NCBI GenBank assembly: GCA_021204765.1
Contig: JAJPYU010000233.1
Location: 1-33,907 of the forward strand
Source: Clostridiales bacterium
GTDB taxonomy: Bacteria > Bacillota > Clostridia > Lachnospirales > Lachnospiraceae
Length of the DNA stretch: 33,907 nucleotides
Direction: 5' to 3'
The first letter of the stretch is position 1; each line of letters starts with the position of its first letter. The position numbers were made by a program, and so were the translations under genes. A model generated the notes under the pieces. The model was not told the DNA's origin and did no database searches. It saw only the letters and a list, made by a program, of their open reading frames with translations. Below, in pieces: positions 18,470-27,067 of the stretch.

Positions 18470-20224
18470 CTATTTGTTTATCACCCTCGGCACATAGCTG
18501 GTGTGCAGCAGCTCGTGGGCTCTGGGGCTGCCCGGCTTCTCCAGATAATTGTCATAGAGCTCAATAATGGCCGGATTCTCGTGGGACATGCGGAACACGT
18601 TCGCCTCATCCAGTCCGTAAAGCACCTGCGCCCTCTTGCCGCGGATATCCACGGTATTGCGTATGTATGCCGGCTGCTGGGGCTGTCCGCCTCCGTTGAC
18701 GCAGCCGCCGGGGCAGGCCATGATCTCGATGAACTGGTAATCCGCCTCGCCGGACCTCACCTTTTCCAGTATCGCCCTGGCATTGGTAAGTCCGCTGGCC
18801 ACAGCCACTTTCACGTCAGTACCGCCCACATGGTAAGTTGCCTCCTTTATGCCGGCCGTGCCTCTGACCTCCTTGAAATCAGGGGAAGGGAGGGTATCGC
18901 CGGTCATGGTCTCCACAGCGGTACGAAGAGCCGCCTCCATGACGCCGCCGGTAGCGCCGAAGATAACGGCTGCACCGGTGGAAAGTCCCAGAGGACGGTC
19001 AAACCTCTCATCGGGCAGGGCATCGAACTTGATGCCGGCCTCGTTGATCATGCGGGACAGCTCCCTGGTGGTGATGGCGATATCCACATCTGGCACCCCG
19101 TTGGCAGCCTGATGATCTCTGTCGATCTCAAACTTCTTGGCAGTGCAGGGCATGACGGATACGACCACTATTTTCTTCTTATCTATACCAATCTTCTCAG
19201 CATAGTAGGACTTGGTGATGGCTCCGAACATCTGCTGGGGAGACTTGCAGCTGGACAGATGGGGGATCAGATCCGGGAAATAATGCTCACAGTACTTGAC
19301 CCAGCCCGGTGAGCAGGAAGTGATCATGGGAAGCACTCCGCCCCCCGTCACTCTCTCGATAAATTCGTTGGCCTCCTCCATAATAGTGAGATCTGCACCG
19401 AAATTCGTGTCAAACACTTTGTTAAATCCGAGCCTGCGAAGCGCTGCGGCCAGCTTGCCCTCCACGTCAGTGCCGATGGGGTAATCAAAAGCCTCACCCA
19501 AAGCGGCACGGACTGCCGGGGCGGCCTGGACGATCACATATTTATCCGGATCGTTGATAGCATCAAAAACTTCCTGGGTATTATCCTTCTCATAGATGGC
19601 TCCGACAGGACAGGCGGTAATGCACTGGCCACAGGATACGCAACTGGTCTCTCCCAGTCCCATATCAAAAGCGGAACCAATGAAAGTCTTAAATCCACGC
19701 TTGTTGGGTCCTATAACCCCGATGCCCTGGGTCTTTTCGCAGACAGACACGCAGCGGCGGCAGAGAATGCATTTGTTATTATCCCTGACCATATGCGGTG
19801 CGGAAGTATCCAGCTCGAACTTATTCATCTCGCCGTCGTAGAGATTCTCATCGTCTACCTTGTAATCATGGCAGAGCTTCTGCAGCTCGCATTTCCCGCT
19901 GCGGACGCAGGTCAGGCATTTCCTGTCATGGTCTGACAGAAGCAGCTGCAGGGTCTTTCTCCTGGAAGTGACAACCTTCGGGGTGTTGGTGTAAACTTCC
20001 ATTCCCTCATTGATAGGATAGACGCAGGCGGTGACCAGGGATTTGGCTCCCTTTACCTCAACCACACATATCCTGCAGGCTCCGATCTCGTTGATGTCTT
20101 TAAGGTAACATAAGGTAGGTATCTCCACTCCTGCGATACGGGCTGCCTCCAGAATAGTGGAACCTGCCGGGGCGGAAATCTCCATACCGTTAATCTTGAT
20201 ATTTACATATTCCATACCTGACAC
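18470..20224 (-). CDS. hydA: [FeFe]-hydrogenase catalytic subunit, group A3 bifurcating type (HydA/HndD)
   Basis: N-terminal 2Fe-2S, His-ligated 4Fe-4S and 2x4Fe-4S motifs; H-cluster motifs TSCSPGW, MPCTAKKFE and EIMACPGGCVNGGGQP. Confidence 0.96.
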   Translation of the reverse strand: MSGMEYVNIKINGMEISAPAGSTILEAARIAGVEIPTLCYLKDINEIGACRICVVEVKGAKSLVTACVYPINEGMEVYTNTPKVVTSRRKTLQLLLSDHDRKCLTCVRSGKCELQKLCHDYKVDDENLYDGEMNKFELDTSAPHMVRDNNKCILCRRCVSVCEKTQGIGVIGPNKRGFKTFIGSAFDMGLGETSCVSCGQCITACPVGAIYEKDNTQEVFDAINDPDKYVIVQAAPAVRAALGEAFDYPIGTDVEGKLAAALRRLGFNKVFDTNFGADLTIMEEANEFIERVTGGGVLPMITSCSPGWVKYCEHYFPDLIPHLSSCKSPQQMFGAITKSYYAEKIGIDKKKIVVVSVMPCTAKKFEIDRDHQAANGVPDVDIAITTRELSRMINEAGIKFDALPDERFDRPLGLSTGAAVIFGATGGVMEAALRTAVETMTGDTLPSPDFKEVRGTAGIKEATYHVGGTDVKVAVASGLTNARAILEKVRSGEADYQFIEIMACPGGCVNGGGQPQQPAYIRNTVDIRGKRAQVLYGLDEANVFRMSHENPAIIELYDNYLEKPGSPRAHELLHTSYVPRVINK

Positions 20225-20228
20225 CTCC

Positions 20229-22019
20229 TTATTCCTTGTAGATAGCGCCGAAACGGCAGTTGTCCATACAGGTACCGCACTTGATGCACCTGGTCATGTC
20301 GATGCTGTGAGGTGACTTGATGGCACCATCTATGGCATCCACAGGGCAGTTCCTCTTGCACAGTGTGCAGCCCTTGCACTTCATGGGATCGATCTTGTAA
20401 ACAATCAGCTTCTTGCAGACACCCGCGGGGCAGTGCTTGTTGACCACGTGCTCCATGTACTCGTCGCGGAAATATCGGAGTGTGGAAAGTACCGGGTTCG
20501 GGGCTGTCTGCCCTAAACCGCACTGGGCGTTTTCCTTGATATAGTAGCAGAGCTCCTCCATCTTATCCAGGTCTTCCACTGTACCGCGGCCGTCGGTGAT
20601 CTTTTCCAAAATCTCCAGAAGCCTGCGGGTGCCTACACGGCAGGGTGAGCATTTTCCGCAGGACTCATCCCCGGTAAACTGCAGGAAGAATTTCGCTATA
20701 TACACCATTCAGGTATACTCATCCATAACGATGAGTCCGCCGGAACCCATCATGGAGCCGATGCTTATCAGGTTATCATAATCGATGGGAATGTCAAAAT
20801 GCTCAGCCGGGATGCATCCGCCGGAAGGGCCGCCTGTCTGGGCAGCCTTGAACTTCTTTCCATTAGGAATGCCTCCGCCAATCTCCTCGATGACTTCCCT
20901 CAAGGTAGTGCCCATGGGAATCTCCACCAGGCCGGTATTATTTATCTTCCCTCCCAGGGCGAAGACCTTGGTACCCTTGGACTTTTCTGTGCCCATGGAT
21001 GAGAACCACTCAGCACCGTTTAAGATAATCCTGGGGACATTCGCCCAGGTCTCGACGTTATTTAAAATAGTAGGGCTCTCGAACAGACCCTTTACAGCCG
21101 GGAAAGGAGGCCTCGGACGGGGCTCACCGCGATTTCCCTCGATGGAGGTCATAAGTGCTGTCTCCTCACCGCAGACGAAAGCACCGGCACCGAGACGAAG
21201 CTCGATGTCGAAATCAAAGCCGGAGTCGAAAATATTCTTACCTAAGAGACCGTACTCCCTGGCTTGCTTAATGGCGATGCCGAGGCGTTTGACAGCGATA
21301 GGATACTCGGCACGGACGTAAATGTAACCCTGATTGGATCCGATAGCGTATCCGGCGATGGCCATGGCCTCCAGGACCACGTGGGGATCGCCCTCAAGGA
21401 CTGAACGGTCCATGAATGCTCCCGGGTCACCCTCATCAGCGTTGCAGCAGACATATTTCTGGACATTCCCCCTGTTGCCGGAGGCAAATCTCCATTTCAC
21501 TCCGGTGGGGAATCCGGCACCGCCGCGGCCTCTCAGTCCGCTGTCTGTGATGACCTTAATGACCTCATCGGGAGTCATCTCCGTCAGCACCTTTCCAAGA
21601 GCCTCATATCCGCCGGTACCGATGTACTCATCTATATTCTCCGGATTAATGACTCCGCAGTTTCTCAGGGCGATACGCAGCTGCTTCTTATAGAAAGGCG
21701 TCTCCTCCAGAGACTCGACGGTATTGTCCTCAGTGGTCTCCTGATAGACCAGCCTCTTTACCACACGGCCCTTTAAAAGATGCTCTGAAACTATCTCCGG
21801 CACATCGTCGACCGTGACATGGGTGTAGAACACGCCATCCGGGTATACAACCATGACCGGCCCCTCGGCACAGAGACCGTGGCAGCCGGTCTGAACCACG
21901 CAGATCTCAGAATCCAGATGGTTCTCCTTTAACTCTTCATTCAGCCTGTCGATGACCTGCAGACTCCCCGAGGAAGTACAGCCGGTACCACCGCAAACCA
22001 GAACATGTGCACGATACAT
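20229..22019 (-). CDS. hydB: NuoF-like diaphorase subunit HydB/HndC, interrupted by an in-frame TGA at 20709-20711
   Basis: The two track ORFs are contiguous and in frame (596 codons with read-through). Motifs: GLRGRGGAGFPTG, NADEGDPG, GAFVCGEETAL, ESCGKCSPCR and C-terminal 2x4Fe-4S. May be a pseudogene or a sequence error. Confidence 0.9.
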
Positions 22020-22033
22020 ATATTTCCCTCCCT

Positions 22034-22408
22034 CTATTTCGTTTCATCCAGATGCAGCAGATACTGGGTGCAGACCCTGCCGCCTACCAGATGTCTCTCA
22101 ACTATATCCATGGCCTTGTCCTCATTTACCTGGACATAGGTGACTTTCTCCTTGCCGGGCTCGAAGACCTCAACTATGGGCTCGAACTGGCACAGTCCGA
22201 TGCAGCCGGTCTGGGTCACCATCACATTGTCAAGGTGCCGCTCCTGCACTTCTTTTACCAGGATATTAAGCACCGGCCTGGCACCGCTGGCGATGCCGCA
22301 GGTAGCCATACCTACTACCACACGGGTCTTCTCTTCGTCCGCAGCGCGAAGACCTATCTGGCCCTGCATCTTCTCACGGATTGATTTTAATTCTTCTAAT
22401 GATTTCAT
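22034..22408 (-). CDS. hydD: Thioredoxin-like (2Fe-2S) ferredoxin subunit HydD/HndB
   Basis: MKSLEELK..VVGMATCGIASGAR..TGCIGLCQFEP; start reassigned to ATG 22408 with a GGAGG SD. Confidence 0.9.
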   Translation of the reverse strand: MKSLEELKSIREKMQGQIGLRAADEEKTRVVVGMATCGIASGARPVLNILVKEVQERHLDNVMVTQTGCIGLCQFEPIVEVFEPGKEKVTYVQVNEDKAMDIVERHLVGGRVCTQYLLHLDETK

Positions 22409-22436
22409 CTTCCCTCCATGCGGCTCACTTGCCGCT

Positions 22437-22982
22437 TCATGAAATAAGTTCTCTCTCGTTTTCTTCAAGATAGCCCCTGATAAACTGTGAGACCTCCGGC
22501 TCATCAAAGGGCACCTCTCCCAATATCTCCCGAAATTCCCCGGTGTCCAGGACAAATGAATTCTCATCCACAACCCTGGTGTAACAGAAATCTATCGCAG
22601 TATTCATGGTTACCAGTGAATGGATGGTCGCGCCTATATCTCCCAGAGGCATACAGTCGATATTGTCCGTCTTAAACAGCGCTGTTACTGTGGTCCCAAC
22701 ACCCGGTTCTGACTCTATGGAAAAATCCCCTCCGGTGCATTCCGCTTCCTGCTTTAAAAAAGGAATGCCCAATCCTACATTTCTGGTAGTCCTGGTGGTG
22801 TAAAAAGGATCTGTCACATGCTCCAGAGTCTCAGCGCTCATGCCGCAGCCGTCATCAGCAATGATCACTTTTAAGCTGTGATCTCCGACCTGCTCATCTA
22901 CCGTGATGCGGATAAGCTTCGCCCCTGCTGAAATGGAGTTCTGCGCTACATCCAGGATATTTAAGGAAATCTCCGGCAGCAT
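22437..22982 (-). CDS. Stand-alone HATPase_c (GHKL) histidine-kinase-like protein within the hyd operon
   Basis: QNS..AGA (N box), DDGCGM (G1), PFYTT (F box), GLG (G2); TGATG coupling to hydC. Confidence 0.88.
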   Translation of the reverse strand: MLPEISLNILDVAQNSISAGAKLIRITVDEQVGDHSLKVIIADDGCGMSAETLEHVTDPFYTTRTTRNVGLGIPFLKQEAECTGGDFSIESEPGVGTTVTALFKTDNIDCMPLGDIGATIHSLVTMNTAIDFCYTRVVDENSFVLDTGEFREILGEVPFDEPEVSQFIRGYLEENERELIS

Positions 22983-23473
22983 CAGTTATACTTTGCCAGT
23001 ATGCCGTCGATATCATCGGTGGTCAGACGTCCGTAGACCTCACCGTTTATCATCATGACCGGTGCCAGGCCGCAGGCACCGACACAGCGGCAGGCATCCA
23101 GGGAAAACTTCCCATCAGCCGTACACTGTCCGCCCTCGATACCGAGCTTTTCCTGAAGCTTTTCGTAAATATCCCCGGAGCCCTTGACGTAGCAGGCCGT
23201 CCCAAGGCATACCGAAATCTGATACTTTCCCTTTGGATAAAGACTGAACATGGAGTAGAATGTAGCCACTCCGTAAATCTTCTCCAGGGGGATCCCCATC
23301 TCATCGGATATCATCTTCTGGACTTCATAAGGCAAATATCCATAAATGTCCTGTGCCTGCTGCATTATAGGCATCAGGGCACCTTTGGTGTCCTTAAGCT
23401 CGGCGATGATCTCCATGAGCTGCGCTTTCTGTTCCTTTGTCCCATTAAAAGGGACACGATTTGCAGTTCCCAA
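22982..23473 (-). CDS. hydC: NuoE-like 2Fe-2S subunit HydC/HndA
   Basis: GVATFYS.F, CLGTAC and CVGACGLAP motifs. Start is TTG 23473 (7 nt after AGGAGG) or ATG 23479, not 23518. Confidence 0.93.
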   Translation of the reverse strand: MGTANRVPFNGTKEQKAQLMEIIAELKDTKGALMPIMQQAQDIYGYLPYEVQKMISDEMGIPLEKIYGVATFYSMFSLYPKGKYQISVCLGTACYVKGSGDIYEKLQEKLGIEGGQCTADGKFSLDACRCVGACGLAPVMMINGEVYGRLTTDDIDGILAKYN

Positions 23474-23553
23474 AACCATACCTCCTGTAAAAAAATAAAT
23501 AAAAAACTCTTGCGTCAATCCCGAAATAACCTTTCAGCACTCCAGAATGGTCA

Positions 23554-23590
23554 TTGTTTTTATTTTAACAAACTAAGTATTTAAAATCAA
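23554..23590 (-). promoter_or_regulatory. hyd operon promoter overlapped by a Rex-like operator
   Basis: TTGATT (23590-23585), 17 bp, extended -10 TG-T-TAAAAT (hexamer 23567-23562). TTGTTTT-TATT-TTAACAA (23554-23571) matches the clostridial Rex consensus TTGTTAA-N4-TTAACAA at 12/14. Confidence 0.65.
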
Positions 23591-23666
23591 TGCAAAAAAA
23601 CATGGATTATTGATCATTTATTGTACTTTGTTAGCAACAATGTTGTGTTAAATCTCATCAAAGCGT

Positions 23667-25136
23667 TTACCGCTTAAACGCCTCGCCAATCCTGTGCATG
23701 GAGAAGTCCTCCATTGGATAATTTGCGAGATTATCCAGTATATTTCTCCCATCAGCCGCAGCTATCATAGTATCCCGGTCCTTTTTGAATTCTTTCACAG
23801 TTTTATTCTTGCTGGGTCCCCCGACACATCCTCCCTCACAGGCCATTCCCTCGATGAAATCCCCGGGCAGGCGTCCGAGCTTTAAGAGAAGTAAAGCTTT
23901 TTTGCACTCCGCAGCGCCGTCGCAGCGGCACACATTGATATCTGCCTCCTCTCCCCTCTCTTTCATACACTCAAGAACGGAAGCCGTCACTCCTCCGCTG
24001 TTGCCGAAACGTTTACCGAAAACCGAACTCTCCTGATACTCCGTTTTCGACAGCTCCAGCTCAATACCTTTGCCGAATAAGAGAGAACGGATCTCTCCGA
24101 AGGTCAGTGCATAATCAGCGTTGCCCTCAATGCTCAGATCCAGGCACTCGCTTTTCTTCGCTATACAGGGGCCGATGAAAACAGTGACCGCCTCAGGATC
24201 CTTACTCTTGATCATGCGGGACACGCCGCACATGGGTGAGACCGTCGTGGACATATTGTCCAGGAGCTCCGGGAAATGCCGCTTTATCATATTTACAAAG
24301 GCCGGGCAGCAGGAAGTAGTCATCTTTTTGCCTTCTTTGTAAGCCTCGGACCACTCTAAAGCCTCTGAGGCCGCGGTCATATCTCCACCCAGTCCTACTT
24401 CCACCATGTCTGCAAAGCCGACTTTCATCAACGCCTCTCTCCAGCTGGCCATGGTGATTTCCGGGCCGAACTGTCCCTCTGCGGAGGGAGCCACCATAGC
24501 TACCACACGTTTCCCGGCTTTAATCAATTTGATAACATCCACGGCAAATGTCCTGGTGCCCACAGCTCCGAAGGGGCAGCTGTGAATGCAGGCGCCGCAC
24601 TGAATGCATTTATCCTCATTTATCACGCAGATACCGTAGTCATCATAAGTGATGGCATCGACAGGGCAGACTTTTTTGCAGGGTCTCTCCAGATGGGCAA
24701 TGGCGTTGTAAGGGCAGGCATCCATGCACTTGCCGCACTCTTTACATTTGTTCGGATCTATATAGGCGTGATCCCGGCTCATGCTCACCGCTCCGAAAGC
24801 ACAGGAATTCTGACAGGCCTGACCCATACATTTGCGGCAGTTGTCCGTGACCACGTATGAAGCAATGGGACATTCCTCGCAGGCTGAATTAATGACCTGG
24901 ACCACACTGTTGCTGTTCCTGTCAGAAGGGCATTTGCCCTCCGAAAGCCGCACACGCTGGCGGATGATCTCCCTCTCCTTGTATATGCAGCAGCGGTAGG
25001 TAGCCTGCGGTCCGGGAATAATCTTGTAAGGGATCTGATCCCTGTCAGCATCAAGGGTTCCGTTCCAGGCTGATTTTGCCACCTCGTACAAGACTCTGTG
25101 TTTCAGTTTCAGGATAGTCATGTCATTTGTGACCAT
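23667..25136 (-). CDS. Monomeric [FeFe]-hydrogenase, group B-type (HfsD-like)
   Basis: YRCC N-terminus, multiple 4Fe-4S motifs, and H-cluster motifs TSCCPAF, GPCIAKKSE and EGMACEGGCVGGP. Confidence 0.9.
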   Translation of the reverse strand: MVTNDMTILKLKHRVLYEVAKSAWNGTLDADRDQIPYKIIPGPQATYRCCIYKEREIIRQRVRLSEGKCPSDRNSNSVVQVINSACEECPIASYVVTDNCRKCMGQACQNSCAFGAVSMSRDHAYIDPNKCKECGKCMDACPYNAIAHLERPCKKVCPVDAITYDDYGICVINEDKCIQCGACIHSCPFGAVGTRTFAVDVIKLIKAGKRVVAMVAPSAEGQFGPEITMASWREALMKVGFADMVEVGLGGDMTAASEALEWSEAYKEGKKMTTSCCPAFVNMIKRHFPELLDNMSTTVSPMCGVSRMIKSKDPEAVTVFIGPCIAKKSECLDLSIEGNADYALTFGEIRSLLFGKGIELELSKTEYQESSVFGKRFGNSGGVTASVLECMKERGEEADINVCRCDGAAECKKALLLLKLGRLPGDFIEGMACEGGCVGGPSKNKTVKEFKKDRDTMIAAADGRNILDNLANYPMEDFSMHRIGEAFKR

Positions 25137-25147
25137 TTATACTCCTC

Positions 25148-25294
25148 CTAATAATATTGTACCGTTACGTCCTTACCAAGCTTCTCCAGGCAGGTGCAAA
25201 GCTGTCTTACCAGATTCTGGCGGATACCCATACTGAAAGGAAGCCCCGGATTATGATAAGCTACGTTGGTGGCTTTACCCACATAGAGGCGCAC
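25148..25294 (-). pseudogene. C-terminal relic of a SpoIIE/PP2C-family phosphatase (HfsC-like)
   Basis: Manual translation VRLYVGKATNVAYHNPGLPFSMGIRQNLVRQLCTCLEKLGKDVTVQYY* resembles, from memory, the C-terminus of hydrogenase-associated SpoIIE phosphatases. It lies in the expected position and the catalytic part is absent. Confidence 0.75.
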
Positions 25295-26123
25295 TTTCCT
25301 GTGCCTCCGTATGTCCCGAGATGAACTTTATCAGGGTCAATCCCGCTTTCTCTGTCGGCATCCGCATTTTCCAGCAGGGAATCACAGAGCCTGTTTAAAG
25401 TCACCTGGGTTTCAGCTGTGGTCTCGCCCAGCAGTCCGGCTATCTCCTGAACCACCGTCATCTGTTTACTGATGATATTCTGAGCAAGCCTGGCAGTCTC
25501 CAGCTTCTGTTCATACTCCCTCTGCTCCCGCTCCTCGTCCCGGGTGATATCCACGAAAATACCCATGACGCCGTTTATCTTCTCTATATATACTATGTTC
25601 TGCAGCGTGACCAGATGATATTCGTCGTAAGTCACTCTTCTGCCCTGTATCGCCTGATGAGTCTTAAGCACCCATCGAAAATCATCCGCATCTATCATCT
25701 CGTCCAGATACATCTCCAGAGCCTGTGTGCGTGTCTTTCCGAAGCATTTCTCTGCGGCGGCTGAATATTCCAGTATCTTCATGTCCGCATCGGTGACTAT
25801 GATGACATCAGGGGAAGTGTCTAACACCAACCAGATTCGACAGGGACTCCGCCCGCTCGTGCAGGAAAGGTATGCACATGGTGACCTCAGCCTTTCCCCG
25901 AAAGACCGCAACTGCTTTCTCCCGGCAGGTCGGATAGCCGCAGGCCCCGCAGTTAAGCTCGTCCTCAGGATTATATTTGTTTGTCATGTGCAGGATTTCT
26001 TCTATCTGCCCCTCCCGCGGCCAGGCTCTTACACATATCAATACAGTCGGCAGAACCATGGACGAAAATCTTACGGTAAGTTCGTTTTTGTTCACCAGGA
26101 TCTCCATTGTCCATACCGGTCAT
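25261..26123 (-). pseudogene. Relic of a PAS-domain sensory [FeFe]-hydrogenase (group C, HydS/HfsB-like)
   Basis: Three fragments in different frames: YRKIFVHGSADCIDMCKSLAAG; FeS domain DELNCGACGYPTCREKA; PAS region plus KQMTVVQEIAGLLGETTAET. Ferredoxin and H-cluster motifs are absent, and there is a 4-bp duplication at 25826-25833. Confidence 0.85.
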
Positions 26124-26362
26124 GATAATCTTCCCATGATCTCTTTTTCAAAAAAATCTGACGTACTCTCAGGCTGTAAATAGAAATGATCGTCGCCTAT
26201 TGTGACATGAACATTGTCCCCGCAGTGCCCACTGCAAAAAGTACCGGTAAGTTCCACTTTATCGGAAAGTCCGTTTACATTGACCAGGTGCTGCAGCTGC
26301 TCGATGACCAGACGTGACCCTTTCAAATGACAGGCACTGCCGATACAGATAGTAACTTTCAT
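26120..26362 (-). CDS. Small thioredoxin-like (2Fe-2S) ferredoxin (HfsA-like)
   Basis: MKVTICIGSACHLKGS..GTFCSGHC; start reassigned to 26362 on the basis of the AGGGGG SD and the promoter position. Confidence 0.88.
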   Translation of the reverse strand: MKVTICIGSACHLKGSRLVIEQLQHLVNVNGLSDKVELTGTFCSGHCGDNVHVTIGDDHFYLQPESTSDFFEKEIMGRLS

Positions 26363-26396
26363 CAGAAATTCCCCCTGCGATTCCTTTATTTCGGAC

Positions 26397-26425
26397 ATTA
26401 TAAGTTATATGAAATACCACGTCAA
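26397..26425 (-). promoter_or_regulatory. Near-consensus sigma-A promoter of the hfs-like operon
   Basis: TTGACG (26425-26420), 17 bp, TATAAT (26402-26397). Confidence 0.75.
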
Positions 26426-26553
26426 TATAGGCAGAGAATTAGGGATGTGCTATTATTGAAACAATATAAAATACACACGTCTACGTTTCTCATGGTATTC
26501 GGGACAGGTAGATATACATTGCAAGCTTGCTTGCACATGTATATTTAGCTGTT

Positions 26554-26632
26554 CCGGTAACTGTGAAACAGTTACCGGCCACATTTATGAGTAATCCGCA
26601 TCGAAAGATGCGGATTACTCATAAAATATGGC
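26554..26632. repeat. Tandem perfect palindromes in the divergent intergenic region (REP-like)
   Basis: CCGGTAACTGT-GAA-ACAGTTACCGG (26554-26578) and TTTATGAGTAATCCGCATC-GAAA-GATGCGGATTACTCATAAA (26584-26625). Confidence 0.8.
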
Positions 26633-26653
26633 AGGTACCATGAGAATAATTAC

Positions 26654-26682
26654 TTGCTTTCCGCCGGGATATCATTTAAACT
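26654..26682 (+). promoter_or_regulatory. Putative promoter of the DRTGG operon
   Basis: TTGCTT (26654-26659), 17 bp, TAAACT (26677-26682). Confidence 0.5.
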
Positions 26683-26733
26683 GTTTGTTGTGAAACAGCG
26701 AAACCCGAACCGAAATCAGGGAGGTTTTTACCA

Positions 26734-27066
26734 ATGACAATCGGAAAAGTTATAGAATTACTGGACGCCGAGCCTATAGGCGAGGTGGACAGAAATGTTG
26801 AGATTGATACTATCTGCGGCTCCGACATGATGAGCGACGTCCTGGCCTTTATCAAAAAGGATGCCCTGCTGCTTACAGGCCTTGCGAATCTCCAGACCAT
26901 CCGCACCGCCGAGATGATGGACATAGTCTGCGTCTGCTTTATCAGGGGCAAGGAGCCCAGCGACGAGATGATAGAGATGGCCGCCGACTGCGGCGTTTAC
27001 CTCATTAAGTCAGACCTTCGCATGTACGATGCCTGCGGCATACTCTACAGGGAAAGGGGCTACTGA
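26734..27066 (+). CDS. DRTGG-domain protein
   Basis: GSDMMSDVLA..LLLTGL.N.QTIRTAEMMDI..V.F.RGK.P; GGAGG SD. Confidence 0.88.
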   Translation: MTIGKVIELLDAEPIGEVDRNVEIDTICGSDMMSDVLAFIKKDALLLTGLANLQTIRTAEMMDIVCVCFIRGKEPSDEMIEMAADCGVYLIKSDLRMYDACGILYRERGY

Positions 27067-27067
27067 C

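Noticed and set aside
18503-19312. 269-aa plus-strand ORF, and similar long antisense ORFs at 20785, 30416 and 33160
   Set aside because: Shadows of conserved GC-rich genes; no recognisable motifs.
22409-22573. N-terminal extensions in the ORF track for hydD, and likewise hydC, the HfsA-like gene, the kinase, rnfA and rnfB
   Set aside because: Downstream starts have good SD sequences and match family N-termini. The extensions overlap other genes, promoters or SD sites.
23621-23661. Additional Rex-like sites upstream of the hydC promoter
   Set aside because: Poor symmetry or wrong length in an AT-rich context.
26554-26632. Possible mini-CRISPR array
   Set aside because: The two hairpins differ in sequence, there is no repeat-spacer periodicity, and no cas genes are present.
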